From: Stegostoma tigrinum
Lineage: Eukaryota
DNA length: 64,000 bases
Direction of reading: 5' to 3'
Assembly (NCBI RefSeq): GCF_030684315.1
Contig: NC_081363.1
Coordinates: 83,041,678 to 83,105,677 of the forward strand
The first letter of the stretch is position 1; each line of letters starts with the position of its first letter. The translations under genes were made by a program, and so were the position numbers. Below the pieces are notes generated by a model. The model ran no database searches. It saw only the letters and a program-made list of their open reading frames with translations, and was not told the DNA's origin. This document shows, piece after piece, positions 62,681 to 64,000 of this stretch.

Positions 62681-62790
62681 TTCAAGACACCTCGCTGTTC
62701 CCTCGGGGATCTGGCGCTGCCTTTGTTTTAGCCCACGTGTCAAATGCACGGAACAGAAGTGCACTGTTGCACTGAATGTGTGCTCCAGTT
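62681..62790 (-). other. Inferred non-coding first exon of B2
   Basis: Donor CTTGAA|GTGAGTT shared with 25980. TSS approximate. Confidence 0.55.
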
Positions 62791-62825
62791 TTAACCTGTC
62801 AAAATCTCGCCAGAAATAATGGCGA

Positions 62826-62890
62826 CCAGGTTATTATCGCAAGATGACGACTGTTGACCAATGGTGGAGGGGGGGGGGGGGGGGGTGGGG
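62826..62890 (-). promoter_or_regulatory. B2 promoter module: TTATCGCAAGATG, CCAAT, G-tract
   Basis: Motif 62834-62846 and CCAAT 62858-62862 have the same 24 nt offset as in B1; G17 run at 62869-62885. Confidence 0.6.
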
Positions 62891-63044
62891 AAAGCGCGAA
62901 CCGGGATTGCTGACAGAAGAGCTTTTGTTTGGAGGACGTAGGTCAATATAAAATCACTCACTGGCAATGCGACCGGTCAGGTCTTTCGCGCAGCTAAACT
63001 GTGCTAATCCGAGCCCTGCTTTTCTGTCAACCTGTTCAGAAATA

Positions 63045-63270
63045 TCTCGAATCTCTGCAATAATGATCAATGATTATCGTGATAACCTATTTGGTTCACC
63101 AATGCCCTTTAGGGAAGGAAACGGCCGTGTTTAACCAGTCTGGCCTGTCTGTGACTTCAGGTCCACGAAATATGATTGACTTAGCTGCCTCCTGGGATCG
63201 CCGAGCAAGCCACTCACATCAAGGACAAAGAGAGGTGGGCAGCAAATGCTGGCTTTGCTAGGGACACAAT
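63045..63270 (+). mobile_element. Deu-domain SINE
   Basis: GGTTCACCAATGCCCTTTAGGGAAGGAAAC..TCTGGCCTGTCTGTGACTTCAG; similar to 48575-48850. Confidence 0.65.
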
Positions 63271-63279
63271 CAATTGATT

Positions 63280-63720
63280 ACTTTCAATACACGCCCTGGC
63301 ACACTGAGACGTCTCACTACTCTTAGGATTGCAGGATATATTTGCAATATGCATTTCCTGTCAAAGGTTGGCTGAGGCATGCAGTCGAAGGAGCTTTGCA
63401 CGACTTTCTGCCATAGGAGTGGTCTTTGCACATTGAGCCTCAGAAGAGGCTGTCCAAGTCTGCAACCACCAGTCCTGGAACTTAATTTCAGTGGAAGTTT
63501 ATCTACCACCAGCCTTCTGGCACGCAGCTCTCCGATTGTCTTCTGGCACCTGTCGTCTCCTGGTGCTTTCCTGGGAACAGCCGGGAATTGTGCTTGACAG
63601 AGCTTCTCAGGATGAATATTGATAGAACCCATCCCCAGACCTTTTTCACCGAAGGCACTGTCCAGAGGAGGTGGAAGACATTTGTTTCCTCTGTGTCAGT
63701 GGCTCCATACTGTAATCTGG
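63280..63720 (-). mobile_element. Degraded LINE 5'/endonuclease-region fragment
   Basis: GQPLLRLNVQRPL resembles the start of a LINE AP endonuclease; weak. Confidence 0.35.
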
Positions 63721-64000
63721 ACTTTTTGGCTCCTATGTTCCTTTAAAGATGGGACAGGAAATCAATTGCTAAGGGAAGGTTTATACACCTGAATCTAGAA
63801 TTCTAAAGTAGGCAACAGAGCCAGAGAGACAAAATACATTATCATTCATATTGACATGAGGCCCAAGCTACTTCTAATTGACAAATGACTATCTCAGCTG
63901 GAACAGTGACGATAAAGTCCAGTTCTGTATTGACAGCAGGCCTTCACTTCTTGTTAGGTTGTAGGGTTATCTTGTGAGTGAGGCCAAAGTAGCAGCATCT

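Overview
Vertebrate genomic DNA, almost certainly from a cartilaginous fish (shark): it carries HE1-like V-SINEs, CR1/HER1-type LINEs with (TTCTATG)n tails, Deu-domain SINEs and many Penelope-like elements (PLEs). The only host genes are a cluster of METTL21B/EEF1AKMT3-like protein-lysine methyltransferases, arranged as a duplicated convergent pair: [psiA(+) -> <- B1(-)] then [A2(+) -> <- B2(-)]. Three copies are intact: B1 complement(join(12896..13290,14099..14210,22563..22694)), 212 aa; A2 join(40339..40512,42118..42229,45347..45828), 255 aa; B2 complement(join(54638..55032,57491..57602,58722..58853)), 212 aa. One is a decayed three-exon pseudogene (1070..8144), and there may be an older exon-3 relic near 47 kb. 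B1 and B2 share an inferred non-coding first exon and an identically spaced TTATCGCAAGATG + CCAAT promoter module. PLE terminal repeats carry minimal hammerhead ribozyme motifs and have repeatedly inserted as head-to-head palindromes flanked by 13-16 bp target-site duplications. All alignments and counts were done by eye; boundaries of old repeats are approximate.
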